A stretch of 64,000 nt of DNA from Wickerhamiella versatilis (lineage: Eukaryota): NCBI GenBank assembly GCA_030867685.1, contig JAQOWU010000008.1, positions 2,728,001 through 2,792,000 of the forward strand, in the 5' to 3' direction. The notes beneath the pieces are model-generated. The model was not told the origin of the DNA and ran no database searches. It saw nothing but the letters and a program-made list of their open reading frames with translations. The position numbers and the translations under genes are program-made. The first letter of the stretch is position 1. The number at the start of each line of letters is the position of its first letter. Of the stretch, positions 62,001 through 64,000 are shown one piece after another.

Positions 62001-63998
62001 CTAATTACCATTATTTTTGTTTCTATACTGGAGGAGAGGTAATAAACACTCGAGAGAGCAATTTTGGGTAAGGAAAGGGTGCTCGAGCAGCTCGGAAGAC
62101 GACGCACGATATTTGACATCAACACAAAGACACTGGCTAAGGAAACCCTTCAGGTTGGGCGTCAGTGACTCAGGATGTTTCAGCTTCGGTGTGCCATTAG
62201 TGGCGATCAAATAGAGAGCCTTCAACGGTTCTTCATTAAAATATGGGGGCTCACTCTCTATCATTTCAATCGCCATGATACCGAGCGACCAAACATCAAC
62301 CTTTGCACCGTATTCCTTTTGTTTGAGAACCTCGGGTGCCATCCAGTAAGGTGTACCAGCCATAGTGGCACGCTTATTTCTCTGGTCCGTAAGCTTGGCG
62401 CAGAAACCAAAGTCAGTAATTTTAATGTGACCATACCGATCCAGCAGCATGTTATCCGACTTTATATCTCTGTGAATGATTGATTTAGAATGTAAGTGCT
62501 GGAGACCGCGGCACGTCTCGCGACACACTGTTGCAATTTGTTGTTCAGTCATTGTGTTATTCTCAATCACATCAGTAAGGGGTCCACCCTCCATATATTC
62601 CATGACAACCCAGAGGTCACTGTTGCCTCGTAAGTAAGCCTCAAGGAAGTTGACTATATTCGGGTTCTGAGACTCTCGCATGACCGTAATCTCATTAACT
62701 ATCAGTTCCTTACGTGGCTGGCTCATCAGATCAATTTGCTTGATGGCCACACTGTGGTGTGTCTCCTTGAGCTTACCGAGAGGCCGGGCACGGTAAACCG
62801 AACCAGAAGCACCCTGCCCAATCTTCTTAATCTTCTGATAGAGGGCTGTGGGATTCTCGTCGCTCACCACTTGACGGAGACGCTGAATTATCTGAGCCTC
62901 GGTCAACGTCGAGGCTCGTTTCTGAGGCTGCTGGCGGGGTTGTCTCACAGGAGCCATAGGAACCAATGATGTAGGGAGATTAGTCTCCTTTTGCTTCATC
63001 GTGGGCGTTGCATTCTCCTTTGGAGATGCTATTGGGTGCTGATTCTGCTGCGGAGTTTGTGGTTCCGATTGCGCAACGGCCTGCTTCAGGTGAGGCACCG
63101 ACTGCGGCTTGGTCTGTACAGGTTGAGCCACTGGTGCTGGCGCTGGCGCTGGCGCTGGCGCCGGTGCTGGACGAGGTTGCAGTCGCTTGACAGGTGATGG
63201 AGAATAAGGAATGGCTGGCTGAGCCGTCGCAGGTTTGGGTGCTGGTGCCCGCGGTGCGTTACGAGACTGGGGTGCAAAAGGTGCGGCTCCATATGTTCCA
63301 TTAATAGTGGTCTTGGGGGCAGATTGGGTTGATTTCACGGAATCGGGAGACGAACCACCAGACTCATTGACGTCTTTATGCTCAGTTCTATCAGTGGTGG
63401 CGGCGGTATTTGCGGCGGATGCAATAGGTGCCTTCTGAGGGGGCGTGATATCAATTGGCGGTGGCGGTGGGGCTCGTCGTGGAGTGATGGGCTTGGGTGG
63501 TGGTGGTGCTGGCCGAATATTGGTGAACATCGGCTCCGAGATACCGCCAATTCCCAAGGTGGGATCCTCTTCTGGTTCTCCCATATTTTTTTCGTAAAAC
63601 TTGAGGGCGTCAACAACAGCCTGTGGGTCATTAGTGAAGTCCTCACTAGTGATCGCAGAAGACTGGAGAAGCTTTTCCCATTCCTGCGGGAGGCCTGTAA
63701 ATGCCCCTGAATCCGCGTCGAATCCTACATGCACTTTGTGGGTGAAGTTTGTGGGTCCAGACACCCCTGAAGGAATCTTAGAATATATATCGTCAATCCA
63801 CGCGTATAGCTCGGTGTCAGATTTACACGCAACAAACAATGATTTCATCGAGTGCTTGCGTATTATCTCAAAACAGTATGGCTTCGAGTCGGTGCGGGTG
63901 ATCGACTGTACGGTGGACAATGGGACCTGAGTAGAGGTTCCAGATCCCTGCGAATCGCTTTTATTGAAAAATAGGGTGGCATCTCGAAGGATTAAAAA
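62001..63998 (-). CDS. CLA4: PAK kinase Cla4 (PH + CRIB + kinase), 5' partial
   Basis: Frame open to the window edge; PH domain end, VSGPTNFTHKVHVGFD CRIB, GQGASGSVY, KRATMAGTPYWMAPE. Confidence 0.92.
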   Translation of the reverse strand, partial: FLILRDATLFFNKSDSQGSGTSTQVPLSTVQSITRTDSKPYCFEIIRKHSMKSLFVACKSDTELYAWIDDIYSKIPSGVSGPTNFTHKVHVGFDADSGAFTGLPQEWEKLLQSSAITSEDFTNDPQAVVDALKFYEKNMGEPEEDPTLGIGGISEPMFTNIRPAPPPPKPITPRRAPPPPPIDITPPQKAPIASAANTAATTDRTEHKDVNESGGSSPDSVKSTQSAPKTTINGTYGAAPFAPQSRNAPRAPAPKPATAQPAIPYSPSPVKRLQPRPAPAPAPAPAPAPVAQPVQTKPQSVPHLKQAVAQSEPQTPQQNQHPIASPKENATPTMKQKETNLPTSLVPMAPVRQPRQQPQKRASTLTEAQIIQRLRQVVSDENPTALYQKIKKIGQGASGSVYRARPLGKLKETHHSVAIKQIDLMSQPRKELIVNEITVMRESQNPNIVNFLEAYLRGNSDLWVVMEYMEGGPLTDVIENNTMTEQQIATVCRETCRGLQHLHSKSIIHRDIKSDNMLLDRYGHIKITDFGFCAKLTDQRNKRATMAGTPYWMAPEVLKQKEYGAKVDVWSLGIMAIEMIESEPPYFNEEPLKALYLIATNGTPKLKHPESLTPNLKGFLSQCLCVDVKYRASSSELLEHPFLTQNCSLECLLPLLQYRNKNNGN

Positions 63999-64000
63999 TT

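Overview
Gene-dense, almost intron-free fungal chromosome segment with about 44 protein-coding genes in 64 kb. Gene content (Moco synthase, SLC35F transporter, UFD1-ZnF-AZUL protein, Pex11C, dispersed 5S rRNA), very short intergenic gaps and shortened proteins suggest an early-branching budding yeast of the Yarrowia/Wickerhamiella-Starmerella type (inference). Most genes are housekeeping: KAR2, MAD2, BET4, CTK2, ISU1, APE2, RPT6, RUB1, RRP43, DSC3, eIF4G, KNS1, TRA1, RRS1, PAM16, IME2-like, RPS31, UPS2, MRP2, NNR1, UBC4, PAN1, EXO1, SFB3, GBP2, RPB4, SGF29, PGS1, MRPS18 and CLA4. A stand-alone 5S rRNA gene lies at 50234-50353 (-). The most interesting signal is a TATA-driven, heavily base-paired + strand non-coding region of about 0.95 kb (~7311-8260). 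It has a 1.5-repeat template-like element (TGACTTACCTGACT), an enclosing helix and a pseudoknot-capable segment, which makes it a candidate telomerase RNA predicting a GGTAAGTCA telomere repeat. All assignments come from reading motifs by eye; no searches or folding programs were run.
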